A stretch of 64,000 nt of DNA from an uncultured Spirochaetota bacterium (GTDB taxonomy: Bacteria; Spirochaetota; Spirochaetia; SZUA-6; Fen-1364). Below, in pieces: positions 1 to 9,277 of this stretch (the stretch's first letter is position 1; each line of letters starts with the position of its first letter). The notes beneath the pieces were generated by a model. The model did not search any database, was not told the DNA's origin, and worked only from the letters and a program-made list of their open reading frames with translations. The stretch spans positions 128,001-192,000 of the forward strand of contig CAVTHO010000010.1 in NCBI GenBank assembly GCA_963734545.1, written 5' to 3'. The position numbers were made by a program, and so were the translations under genes.

Positions 1-1278
1 GCAGGCGATTTCCTCCGGCTGGACTTTCGCGCCGGACACCTGCACGACCGCCTCCGGGCTTTTCCAACCGTTGACGACGAAAACGGGATTGAGCATCGGG
101 TACTTCGGGGAGGCGGTGAACTCGATCTGCTTCCCCCCCGAGGTGCGCAGGACGTATGCCCTCTCGGAGAATGCGAAACCTTCGTACAGAAGCGGGCCCG
201 ATGACATCCCGGGGATCGACTTGACGCACTCGTTGCCCGTCAAGACGGTTGCCGGCCGGTACCATGAGTGAGCAAGCTCTCGCAGATGCTCCGTGGGCTT
301 CTCGGTTGCTCCGACCAGGAAGAGCCACGAAGTCCCGCGGGGAGGCGTCTCAACATGGTACGACGCGGCGATCTTCTGTGACTCCTCGTCCTCCTGCAAG
401 AGGAAGGGCCGCCAGTCGTAGTTGCAGTCGACAAACGAACTGTGCGTGGCCTGGCGCCCTGCAACGTCGTCTCCCCTTGCGGCGAGGACGAAGTCCTCCG
501 CGTCCGTGACCGGCCAGTGCTTGTACACATTGCCGATCCCGCTGAAGAGAGTGAAATAGGGATGGTTCCCGCCGCACACTCCGCAGCGGCGGTATGCGAA
601 GAGCCTCTGGTCCTTGGCAAAAATGACATACGGGCTCGGCCGATCCTTGAAGTTGACTCGCCCGATGTACATGTTCCAGTCCGCAATCTGGGGAAAGGCA
701 GTGCACAGGGGCTTGAACTCATTGAACTGGATGGGCCAATCGAGGGAAATGCTCTCCCCCTTGTCGTTGGACAGCTCGAACGCCCCCTTGGGGCGCAGCG
801 TGGAATCCGGCGTCGTCCCTGCCCCGTTGACGATGATCCATTCCAGAACCTGCCACATGTTGGGGTTGCCGCCGTAGCCAGATTCGTCCCCGGGGTATGC
901 GGTGAGCGTGCGCACGGCCACGCCGTCACGGTACATCAGGTATGTCTCCTCGGCGGTGGTGTTGCCGTGGAAGACCCGGTAGCGCATGTCGGCGCAGGCG
1001 TATTGCCAGCGCACCCTGCCCCGCACGTCGTTGGCCTCGATGATGGAAGCCCGGCTGAACTTGAGCTTCTTGTCCATGATCGGCTCGTAGCAGTGGTTGT
1101 CCTCGGGGCTGTTGGTTTCCAGCCATTCCGGGGTGAACCAGACATCACCGCCCAGGTCGAGGCAGGGCACGTACTGCGCCTTGGACCAGAGGACCAGGCG
1201 GTGCTTCTGGCCGCATTCCACTACTATGGCGTGCCCCGTTGCGCCGGAAAAGCTCAGCTGCGTTTCATAGACTTTCAT
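1..1278 (-). CDS. Uncharacterised ~450-aa protein, paralog 4 of 4 (3' end runs off the window; missing from the ORF track)
   Basis: Manual translation from ATG at 1278 (GGGAG upstream): MKVYETQLSFSG...FTPEWLETNSPEDNHCYEPIMDKKL...YRVFHGNTTAEETY...GGNPNMWQVLEW...CGVCGGNHP...HWP...THSSFVDCNY; same motifs as the ORFs at 2063-6191; no stop before position 1. Confidence 0.9.
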   Translation of the reverse strand, partial: MKVYETQLSFSGATGHAIVVECGQKHRLVLWSKAQYVPCLDLGGDVWFTPEWLETNSPEDNHCYEPIMDKKLKFSRASIIEANDVRGRVRWQYACADMRYRVFHGNTTAEETYLMYRDGVAVRTLTAYPGDESGYGGNPNMWQVLEWIIVNGAGTTPDSTLRPKGAFELSNDKGESISLDWPIQFNEFKPLCTAFPQIADWNMYIGRVNFKDRPSPYVIFAKDQRLFAYRRCGVCGGNHPYFTLFSGIGNVYKHWPVTDAEDFVLAARGDDVAGRQATHSSFVDCNYDWRPFLLQEDEESQKIAASYHVETPPRGTSWLFLVGATEKPTEHLRELAHSWYRPATVLTGNECVKSIPGMSSGPLLYEGFAFSERAYVLRTSGGKQIEFTASPKYPMLNPVFVVNGWKSPEAVVQVSGAKVQPEEIAC

Positions 1279-1309
1279 GGACGTTCACTCCCTTTCCGTT
1301 GGCGGGTCC

Positions 1310-2005
1310 TCAGCGCTTGGCGAATCGATAGTACCGGGGATAGTCCTTCATCAGGAGGTAGAGCGGCTCCTCGTCCTCCTCGATCGTGGGAAACCTGCCC
1401 ACCTGCTCATGGAAGCGGTTGTCCGTGTTGTCGTCATTGCACACCGACACCTCCCCCACAAGGACTTTCGCCCCGACGCCCCAGAACTTGTGGTACATGC
1501 CCTGGGTGAGGGTGATGCTCTCCCCCGGTTCCAGAACTACCGTCTCCCCGGCAGGGACGGCCCGGCTCACGCCGTCCATGCTGACGGTCACCGGCGTGTG
1601 CGCGAAGTCTCCCGTCGCGCTGCTGTTGTACAACTGGATTGCGAGCTTCCCGCCTCCGCGGTTGATGATGTCTTCCATCTTTTTCCAGTGGAAGTGCATG
1701 GGCGTCACCTGGTTCACGTCGACGATCAGGAGCTTCTCCGCGTAGATCTTGCCCTTGCCGTTCTTCAAGCTCAGGTGGCTTCCGTTGCGGATCGTGAACA
1801 GGAAGAGGCCTCGGCGCTGGAATTCCCCGGAACCCCAGTCCGTGATGTCCCACCCCATGTCCATATCGGAGATTTCGCGAGCCTCCGCCCCTTTTCCGCG
1901 CCAATCCTGCGGCGACCAGTACGCAAACGGCGGAAGGTAGAAGTGATTCGCCCTGGCGAACGCGTCGCCTTCCCGCATTATCCCGTTGATCTCTGATCTC
2001 TTCAT
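1310..2005 (-). CDS. D-lyxose/D-mannose family sugar isomerase (cupin, YdaE-like)
   Basis: MKRSEIN start; GWDITDWG, YAEKLL, TPMHFHWKKMEDIINRGGG, PGESITL, GEVSVCNDDNTDNRF motifs of this family. Confidence 0.9.
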   Translation of the reverse strand: MKRSEINGIMREGDAFARANHFYLPPFAYWSPQDWRGKGAEAREISDMDMGWDITDWGSGEFQRRGLFLFTIRNGSHLSLKNGKGKIYAEKLLIVDVNQVTPMHFHWKKMEDIINRGGGKLAIQLYNSSATGDFAHTPVTVSMDGVSRAVPAGETVVLEPGESITLTQGMYHKFWGVGAKVLVGEVSVCNDDNTDNRFHEQVGRFPTIEEDEEPLYLLMKDYPRYYRFAKR

Positions 2006-2062
2006 TCCATCAGCTCCATTCCCGCGGTCACCGGCATCCGTTCGCCCGTTCCCGCATGCAGT

Positions 2063-3412
2063 TCATTTCCCGTAGAAACCGACGCTCGTCCTGCTCGACC
2101 ACGTCCCGTCAATCCACACCACGAGGTCCCGGCCGCTGATCTGCGCCGCGTAGGCGCCCGGGCTCACATCTGTCCCGTTGACCTTCACGCGGATGTCCTC
2201 CGGTGCGGAGGTCCAGTTCATCAGGCGGAAAGCCGGGTTCACGGCCGGGACCGTCGGATCCAGCGAAAACTCGACGCGGTCCTCCTCGTCATGCTGGCGG
2301 AACGCGTAGGCCCGAAGGGAGTAGTCGAACCCCTCGAAGATGACACGGCCTCTGCGCGGGTCTCCCTTTTCCGCGGGGCGGACGATCGTCACGGCGGCCG
2401 GCCGGCGCCAGGACATGGTGAGCCGGTCGAGCTCCGCCGGGTCGGACTTCTCCGGGACGGCTCCCACGAGCATGTACCAGGTGGTTCCCGGAAAGGGAGT
2501 GGGGACGAAATCGTCGTCGCTCGTCCGCCAGGCGTAGTTGCAGTTCATGAAGCAGGTGTGCGTGGTGATCTTGCCCACCTGGTCCAGCGCGAGGGACCCG
2601 AGGATGAAATCCTCCCTCTCTGTCCCCGGCCAGTGGGAGTAGATGGGATCGCCTTCCTGCCGGCCGAACACCTTCATGAACGGGTGATCCTTTCCGCACT
2701 TCGCGCAGCGGATGTAGGGAAACAGCGCCTGGCTTTTCGGGATGATCGTGAACGGACTGGGAGTTCCCCGCAGGCCGACGGTCCCGATATAGTTGCTCCA
2801 TCCGGCCAACTGTGGGAAATGATCGCAGATCGGACCGGGTACAGCGGGAAGCGGCCAGGATACGTTCACCGACTCCCCCTCGCCGCTTCGCAGCATCAAC
2901 GCCTCGGGCGCTCGAATGCAGTCCGTCGGCTTCGTTCCGGCGGCGTTGATGATGATGTATTCCTCGACCTGCCAGAAGTTGGCATTCCCCCCGTGGTTGC
3001 TCGCGGTCCCCGGCCACAGCACCACTTCCCGCACGGCCACCCCGTCCGGGTAGATCGTGTAGATTTCCTCCGCCGTGGTGTTCCCGTGGAAGACCTTGTA
3101 CCGCATGTCGTTCAACGCGTAGCGCCACTTGATCCTGGCGCGCGCCGGCCCGGACTCGAGGATCTCCACGCTGCTCCACCGCAGCCGCTTGTCCATGATC
3201 GGCTCGTAGCATTCCTCATCGTTGGGGCTGTTGACTTCGCACCATTCGGGCGTGAACATCACCCCGTTGCCGAGGTCCACACACCCGACGTACTGCGCCT
3301 TGTCCCAGAAGACGAATCGCCAGGCCTTGCCGAACTCCACCACGACCGCATGTCCCCTGGCGCCGGAAAACTCGAATTGGGTCTCGAACGCCCTCACAAC
3401 AGGTCCGCTCAT
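2063..3412 (-). CDS. Uncharacterised protein, paralog 3 of 4 (449 aa, starts MSGPVVRAFETQFEFSG)
   Basis: C-terminal half of the 883-aa track ORF; ATG at 3412 overlaps the upstream stop (ATGA); shared family motifs. Confidence 0.9.
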   Translation of the reverse strand: MSGPVVRAFETQFEFSGARGHAVVVEFGKAWRFVFWDKAQYVGCVDLGNGVMFTPEWCEVNSPNDEECYEPIMDKRLRWSSVEILESGPARARIKWRYALNDMRYKVFHGNTTAEEIYTIYPDGVAVREVVLWPGTASNHGGNANFWQVEEYIIINAAGTKPTDCIRAPEALMLRSGEGESVNVSWPLPAVPGPICDHFPQLAGWSNYIGTVGLRGTPSPFTIIPKSQALFPYIRCAKCGKDHPFMKVFGRQEGDPIYSHWPGTEREDFILGSLALDQVGKITTHTCFMNCNYAWRTSDDDFVPTPFPGTTWYMLVGAVPEKSDPAELDRLTMSWRRPAAVTIVRPAEKGDPRRGRVIFEGFDYSLRAYAFRQHDEEDRVEFSLDPTVPAVNPAFRLMNWTSAPEDIRVKVNGTDVSPGAYAAQISGRDLVVWIDGTWSSRTSVGFYGK

Positions 3413-4803
3413 GTGACGCTCCCTTCTGAGCCGCGCGAGATGATCCCCCGGTCCGCGAGCTCGAGCGTGACCTTCGAGTCGAAGGATCCCGCAAGCCAGA
3501 GAACCAGCTCGTGCCCGCTCACCTGGGCGCAATAGGCGTCCGGCGGCAGCACGTGCCCGTCCCGGCGGACCGCGAGCCGCTCCGCGGGCGTGTGCCACCC
3601 CTCGACGACGACCACCGGATCGAGCACGGCGGCGCCTCCGGGGTGGAAGACCGCCCGCACGCCGTCCTCCGAGCTGTTCTGACGGAACGTGTAGGCGCGC
3701 CGGGGGAAGTCGTACCCCTCGTAGACGAGCCTGCCGCTGCGGGGATCGCCCCGCTCGCCGGGTCCGCGCACGATCTCCACGGCCGCGGGGTTGCGGTAGG
3801 AGCGCACGACCCGGTCCAGCTCCGCCCCGTCGGCGCCCTCGGCCACTGCCCCGACGAGGATGTACCAGGAAGTTCCCGGGTCCGGCGTGGCCACGTAGTC
3901 CTCGTCCTTCCACCGCATGGAGTAGTTGGCGTCGACGAACGAGGTGTGCGTGGCGACTTTGCCGATGGCATCCCCGGCGGCCACCCACTCGAGGAAGTCC
4001 TCCATGTCGGTGACCGGCCAGTGCTGGTAGATGTTGATCAGGTCCTTGCCGGGGAAGAGGGTCATCGGGGGATGGTTCTTCCCGCATGACGTGCAGGGGA
4101 CGAACGGAAACAGCCTCTGGCTCTTGCAGAAAGCGGCGAAGGGGTTCGGCACGCCGGCAAGCTCCACCTTCCCGATGTAGTTCTGCCAGTCCCCGATCTG
4201 CGGAAAGTGCGTGCACAGGGGAGAGAACCAGTCGGGCGGAAGCGGCCAGGGGATCTTGAGCATTCCGCCGTTGCCGTCCCGCATGGTGAAGGCCGATGGA
4301 GTCTTGAGGAAATCCAGCGGGCTCGTCCCTGCCGCGTTGATCAGGATCCATTCCTGCATCTGCCAGAAGTTCGGGTTGCCGCCGTGGGCGTTCTCGGTGC
4401 CCGGCCACAGCGACACCTCCCGCACGGCGATGCCGTCGGGATAGATCGTGTAGATCTCCTCCGCCCGCGAGTTGCCGTGGAAGACGCGGTAACGCATGTC
4501 GGCAAGGGCGTAGCTCCATTTCACCCGGGCCCGGGCCGGTCCTGATTCCAGGATCTGGATTCTGCTCCACCGCAGTTTCTTGTCCATGATGGGCTCGTAG
4601 CAATGGTTGTCGTTGGGGCTGTTGGTCTCGCACCACTCGGGGGTGAACAGCACGCCCTTGCCCAGGTCCACGCAGCCCACATACTGCGCCCCGCTCCAGA
4701 ACACGAACCGCCACGGCTTGTCGAATTCGACGACGACGGCGTGCCCTTTCCTCCCGGAGAACTCGAAATCGGTCTCACGCGCATGCACACTCGGGTAGCT
4801 CAT
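3409..4803 (-). CDS. Uncharacterised protein, paralog 2 of 4 (464 aa, starts MSYPSVHARETDFEFSG)
   Basis: GAGGAGGGG RBS before ATG 4803; shared family motifs including CTSCGKNHP. Confidence 0.9.
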   Translation of the reverse strand: MSYPSVHARETDFEFSGRKGHAVVVEFDKPWRFVFWSGAQYVGCVDLGKGVLFTPEWCETNSPNDNHCYEPIMDKKLRWSRIQILESGPARARVKWSYALADMRYRVFHGNSRAEEIYTIYPDGIAVREVSLWPGTENAHGGNPNFWQMQEWILINAAGTSPLDFLKTPSAFTMRDGNGGMLKIPWPLPPDWFSPLCTHFPQIGDWQNYIGKVELAGVPNPFAAFCKSQRLFPFVPCTSCGKNHPPMTLFPGKDLINIYQHWPVTDMEDFLEWVAAGDAIGKVATHTSFVDANYSMRWKDEDYVATPDPGTSWYILVGAVAEGADGAELDRVVRSYRNPAAVEIVRGPGERGDPRSGRLVYEGYDFPRRAYTFRQNSSEDGVRAVFHPGGAAVLDPVVVVEGWHTPAERLAVRRDGHVLPPDAYCAQVSGHELVLWLAGSFDSKVTLELADRGIISRGSEGSVT

Positions 4804-4813
4804 ATCCCCCTCC

Positions 4814-6191
4814 TCATCCGTTGAAGCCAAAGGTCGTTGGCCGTCGGAAGGTCCCCTCCATCCACACCACGAGGTCCCTTCCGCAGTTCTGCGCGCGGAA
4901 GGTGTCCGCCGCCCGGGCCTCTCCCCCCACCGTCACCCGCGTGGCCGAGGCCGGGGCGGTCCACCCGTTGACGAGGAACACGGGATTGATCACGGGAATT
5001 CCCTCCATTCGGGCTCAGGGAGACCTCGACACGGTTCTGCCGATCGTTCTGGCGGAATGTGTAGGTCCGGATGGAGTAGTCATAACCTTCCACGACCACC
5101 CGTCCCCGGTGCGGATCCCCCTTGTCCGACGGGTCACGCACCACCACTGCGTCTGCCGGGAACCGGTAGGAGAGCGCCAGCGGATCGAGCTCCGCGCCAT
5201 CCGTTCCGTGGGAAGTGGCCCCGATCAGGAGATACCAGGTGGTGCCGGGGAACGGCTGCTGCACGAAGTCGCTCTCCTTGCGCCGCATGGAAAAGTTGCA
5301 GTCGATGAAGCAGGAATGGGTCGGGACCGTCCCCACTTCCCCGCCGCCGCTGACCCAGCCGATGAAATCCTCCTTCTCGTACGCCGGCCAGTGGACATAG
5401 GAGTTGTGGATCCCGGTCTCGTTGTGATGATCGATTCCCTGGAACAGGGTGAAATAGGGGTGGTTGCCGCCGCACGCGCTGCAGGGCATGAACGGGAAGA
5501 GCTTCTGGCTCTTGCAGATGACGGCGAACGGATTCGGGATGCTCATCATGTTGATCTTGCCGATGAAATTGGGCCAGTCCTTGATCTGCGGGAAACGGTC
5601 GCACAGCGGCCCTGCCTTTTCGGTGGGGATGGGCCAGGGAAAGCTGAACGAGCCGCCGAGGCCGTTCCTCATCGTGAAGGCGGCTTCCCGGTTCAGAACC
5701 TGCGAGGGGGTGGAGCCCTTCGCGTTGATCATGTACCACTCGTGCACCTGCCAGAAGTTCGTGTTGCCGCCGTGGTTGCTGGCGTCCCCCGGCCACAGCA
5801 CGATCTCGCGGACCGCCACCCCGTCGGGGTAGATTGTGTATGTCTCTTCCGCCCGCGAGTTGCCGTGGAACACACGGTATTGGATGTCGGCCAGCGAATA
5901 GCTCCAGCGGATTCGCGCGCGGGCGGGGCCTGATTCCAGGATCTGAATCCGGGCGTAGCGCAGCTGCTTGTCCATCATGGGCTCGTAGCATTCCTCGTCG
6001 TTGGGGCTGTTCTCCTCGCACCACTGGGGCGTGAACATCACCTCGTCGCTCAGCTGCACGGTGCCGGCGTACTGGGACTGCGCCCAGAACACGAACCGCC
6101 ACGGCTTGCCGAACTCGACCACAACCGCGTGATCCTTCTTGCCGGAGAACTCGAACTGCGTCTCATACGCATGAACGGTCGGTACATTCAT
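4814..6191 (-). CDS. Uncharacterised protein, paralog 1 of 4, with a +1 frameshift near 5000
   Basis: MNVPTVHAYETQFEFSG start; the homologous C-terminus (IPVINPVFLVNGW...RDLVVW) continues in the frame of track ORF 4814..5008. Confidence 0.85.
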
Positions 6192-6221
6192 CCCCTTCTC
6201 CTTTTCCGCACGAATGCCGTC

Positions 6222-7392
6222 CTACCGATAGCGGCCGTAGGTCTGCGCGACCTCCACCATCTTGAAGATGTTCGCCTCCGGGGTATCCCTCCCGCACTGG
6301 TCTCCCGTCGACAGCACGAACCCTCCCCCATCGGCACAGGCGTCGATCAGCCGCTTGGCCTCCTCTCCGACCTGGTACGGCGTGGCGCGCAGCATGAAGT
6401 CGAAGGTGTTGAGATTGCCCTTGAGACACACCCGGCGGCCGAATCGCTTCTTGAAACCGGCGATGTCCACGTCTCCGCCGGGCTTCCCTTCCAGGGGCTC
6501 GATGACGTTCACGTCCGACTCTTCGGCCACCAGCTCGGCGATAGCCGCTGACTTCCCGCAGACATGGACGTGGGAGATGATGCCGGCCTCCTTGCAGAGG
6601 GCGCTCACCGTTCGAATGAACGGCAAGTCATATTTACGGAAGTACTCCAGGCTGCTCACGCTCAGGCTCGAGGCCGATCCGCCCAGCCACACCTCGTCCG
6701 GCTTCGCCGCGAGGCCGGCCTTCACCTTCCCGACCGCGTACGCGCTGTACCAGTCCATCACCTCCTGGATGTACGCCTCGTCGTCGACGTAATCAAAGAA
6801 GATGGTGTTGTAGTTGCCGTCGCGCTGGCCGAACCACCAGTCCTGGGGAAGCGGAAGGATGAACGCGTACACCCCGAGATCGCCGATGGCGCCGGCGTTC
6901 GAGAACTGGGAGCTCCATCTCCAGGATCCCGGCTCTCCCAGGACGGACCGCAACCGGGGCCAGTCACGCCTCAAGTCCTTGATGGGCTTTTCCAGCTCCC
7001 AGGGGGGCTCGTCCGTGAAATAGCGCGTGGCCTCGGACAACTCGCCCACGGGCGTCTGCACGCGCGAGTGCTTGATCTTCCCGCCCTCCGGGCAGGACGC
7101 TGATTTCGGAGCCCCACGCGGGCCGGTCATCCGGAACCAGCTCCGGCAGCGAGCCGTAGATGTACATCCCGTCGAAGCCGTAGTACCGGACCGCCTCGAC
7201 GTATGCCCGGGCCACGCTCGCGGAGGTGTAGCCGGAATGCGGAAGGCCATCGAGGTACATCTCGTCGAACGGGCGCCCGCTGAGTCGCACCGGCATCATG
7301 TTGGACATGTCCGGGGACACGGCGACGTGGTCCGCTTCCGTGCAGGAATAGGCCGCGAGCATGCGCGTCCGCGCTGTCCACGCTTCCGCCAT
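6222..7392 (-). CDS. Uroporphyrinogen decarboxylase / MtaA-CmuA methyltransferase-like protein, +1 frameshift near 7081
   Basis: N-part in ORF 6964..7392, C-part in ORF 6222..7250; TPVGEL, HVHVCG, KGNLN, GGGFVLSTGDQCGRDTPEANI motifs of the URO-D/CIMS-like barrel. Confidence 0.8.
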
Positions 7393-7398
7393 GAATGC

Positions 7399-8235
7399 CT
7401 ACCCTTTCAACGCGCCGGCCATGATTCCCCGGACGAACTGCTTCTGGAAGATGATGTAGGCGATGACCGGCGGAATGGTCGCTGCCGCGAGCCCCGCCAT
7501 CTGCAGGCCCCAGTTCGTTATGTAGCGGCTGTTGAGGAAAAGCACGCCGAGGGGGATCGTGTACATCGACTGCTTCTGCATGTAGACCAGGGGATACATG
7601 AACTCGTTGTAGATCCACATGGTGTAGAAAATGGCGATCGTGGCCATGGAAGGACCGGAGAGCGGCACAAAGAGTTTCCGGAAAACCTGCCAGTGGCTGG
7701 CGCCGTCGATCCGCGCCGCGTCCAGCAGGGACTTCGGGACCGATTCGAAGAAATTCCGCAGAACCAGGACACCGAAGGCAGACCAGCTGAGGTAGGTCAG
7801 GATCAGCGCGGGGTAGCTCGAGAGGAGGTGCAGAGTGGAGATGAGCTGGTAGCCCGAGATGATGAGCGCCTGGGGCGGGACCATGAATCCGAGGAGGACG
7901 AAGATGTAGAGGGCCGTCTTGCCCCGGAAGCGAAGGGTGGCAAAGGCATAGGCCTCCAGGGCGCACAGCCCGAGGAGGCCCGCAACGGACACCGCGGTGA
8001 CGAGGATGCTGTTGAGGAAGTACCTGCCCATGCCGGCTTTCAGAAAGACGATCTGGAAGTTGCCCAGGTACAGCGTCTTGGGAAGGCCGAAGATGCTCGC
8101 GAAGATGTCCGCGCTCGGCTTGAAGGAGCTGTAGACCATCCAGACAACCGGGTACAGGACGATCACCGCGATGATCAGGAGGAAGGGGTAGGTAGCCGCC
8201 GTCAGGAATACTTTGTTCCAGGTCCTGCTGCTCAT
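7399..8235 (-). CDS. Carbohydrate ABC transporter permease (MalG-like)
   Basis: Hydrophobic segments; EAA loop SLLDAARIDGAS; GGAG RBS before ATG 8235 (alternative start 8259). Confidence 0.92.
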   Translation of the reverse strand: MSSRTWNKVFLTAATYPFLLIIAVIVLYPVVWMVYSSFKPSADIFASIFGLPKTLYLGNFQIVFLKAGMGRYFLNSILVTAVSVAGLLGLCALEAYAFATLRFRGKTALYIFVLLGFMVPPQALIISGYQLISTLHLLSSYPALILTYLSWSAFGVLVLRNFFESVPKSLLDAARIDGASHWQVFRKLFVPLSGPSMATIAIFYTMWIYNEFMYPLVYMQKQSMYTIPLGVLFLNSRYITNWGLQMAGLAAATIPPVIAYIIFQKQFVRGIMAGALKG

Positions 8236-8251
8236 GGTCGTCTCCCCCGCC

Positions 8252-9169
8252 TCAGACATCGACCTTGGGCTGATACTTCGTCTGGAGGAAGATGATCAGC
8301 ACCGTGATCAGGAGCTGGATGAGAAGAATGGAGCTGCCATAGCCGACCTTGTTCGCCGTGAACGCCTCGAAATACGCCCAGGTGGAAAGCACCTCGCTGG
8401 CGTGGTTGGGCCCGCCGGTGGTCAGCACATAGACGTTCGCGAACAGCTTGAAGCTCTCGATTGCGCCCAGCAGCGCGACCATCCAGTAGGTGGGGGCCAG
8501 CTGCGGGAAGGTGATGTACCAGATGTCCTGGAGCCGGTTGGCCCCGTCGATGTACGCCGCCTCGTGAAGCTCCTGGCTGATCCCGATCAGCCGGGAAACG
8601 AAGAGGAACATGAACAGCCCGAAGCCTCCCCACGCGTCGATCAGGACCAGGACAATGAGGGCCCGGGACGGGCTGCCCAGGAAATCCCCCGCGAGCGAGC
8701 GCAGCCCGATCGCCTTGAGGAATGGATTGATGAACCCGAGGGTCGGGCTCAGTGCCAGCTTGAACGTCACCCCTATGACCACAAGGGAAAGTACGGTCGG
8801 CAGCAGGTAGACGCCGCGCAGAAAGTTGGCGCCCGGTATCCCCTGGTCCAGGATCAGGGCGAGGAGGAGGGCCAGCCCGATCTTGAGCGTCATGTTGCCG
8901 AGGAAGAAGACGAGGTTGTGGACGAACGACCAGAGGAACACCGGATCGTCCTTCACCATGTGACGGAAGTTCTCGAAGCCGACGAAGCGGATCTGCTGGA
9001 AGCTGAAGCCGTTCCAGTCGGTGAAGGACAGGACGAGGGTGCCGACAAGCGGCAGGACAAGGAAACAGACGTAAAAAAGCAGTCCCGGGAAGAGGAACAG
9101 GAAAGCCGGGAGCCGATCTCCATGCCCGAGCAACTGCCCGTGGGTGGGGCTATTCTTTCTGACGTTCAT
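8252..9169 (-). CDS. Carbohydrate ABC transporter permease (MalF-like)
   Basis: SFTDWNG, FVGFENF, ELHEAAYIDGA, TTGGP motifs; start trimmed to the internal Met. Confidence 0.92.
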   Translation of the reverse strand: MNVRKNSPTHGQLLGHGDRLPAFLFLFPGLLFYVCFLVLPLVGTLVLSFTDWNGFSFQQIRFVGFENFRHMVKDDPVFLWSFVHNLVFFLGNMTLKIGLALLLALILDQGIPGANFLRGVYLLPTVLSLVVIGVTFKLALSPTLGFINPFLKAIGLRSLAGDFLGSPSRALIVLVLIDAWGGFGLFMFLFVSRLIGISQELHEAAYIDGANRLQDIWYITFPQLAPTYWMVALLGAIESFKLFANVYVLTTGGPNHASEVLSTWAYFEAFTANKVGYGSSILLIQLLITVLIIFLQTKYQPKVDV

Positions 9170-9277
9170 GGGTGGGTTTTCTCGACCTCGCGTTCTCGCT
9201 CCATCTCCTCGCTCGGAGGCGGGGACGATGCAAAGGGAAGGGGCCGGATACGCCACCCGGCCCGCTTCCGGCGATGA

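Noticed and set aside
2063-4714. 883-aa ORF as a single protein
   Set aside because: Its N-half is an Arg/Gly-rich off-frame shadow of paralog 2; the real gene starts at 3412
4990-7090. Programmed frameshifting at ~5000 and ~7081
   Set aside because: No slippery heptamer evident; same +1 pattern as the probable sequencing errors elsewhere in the window
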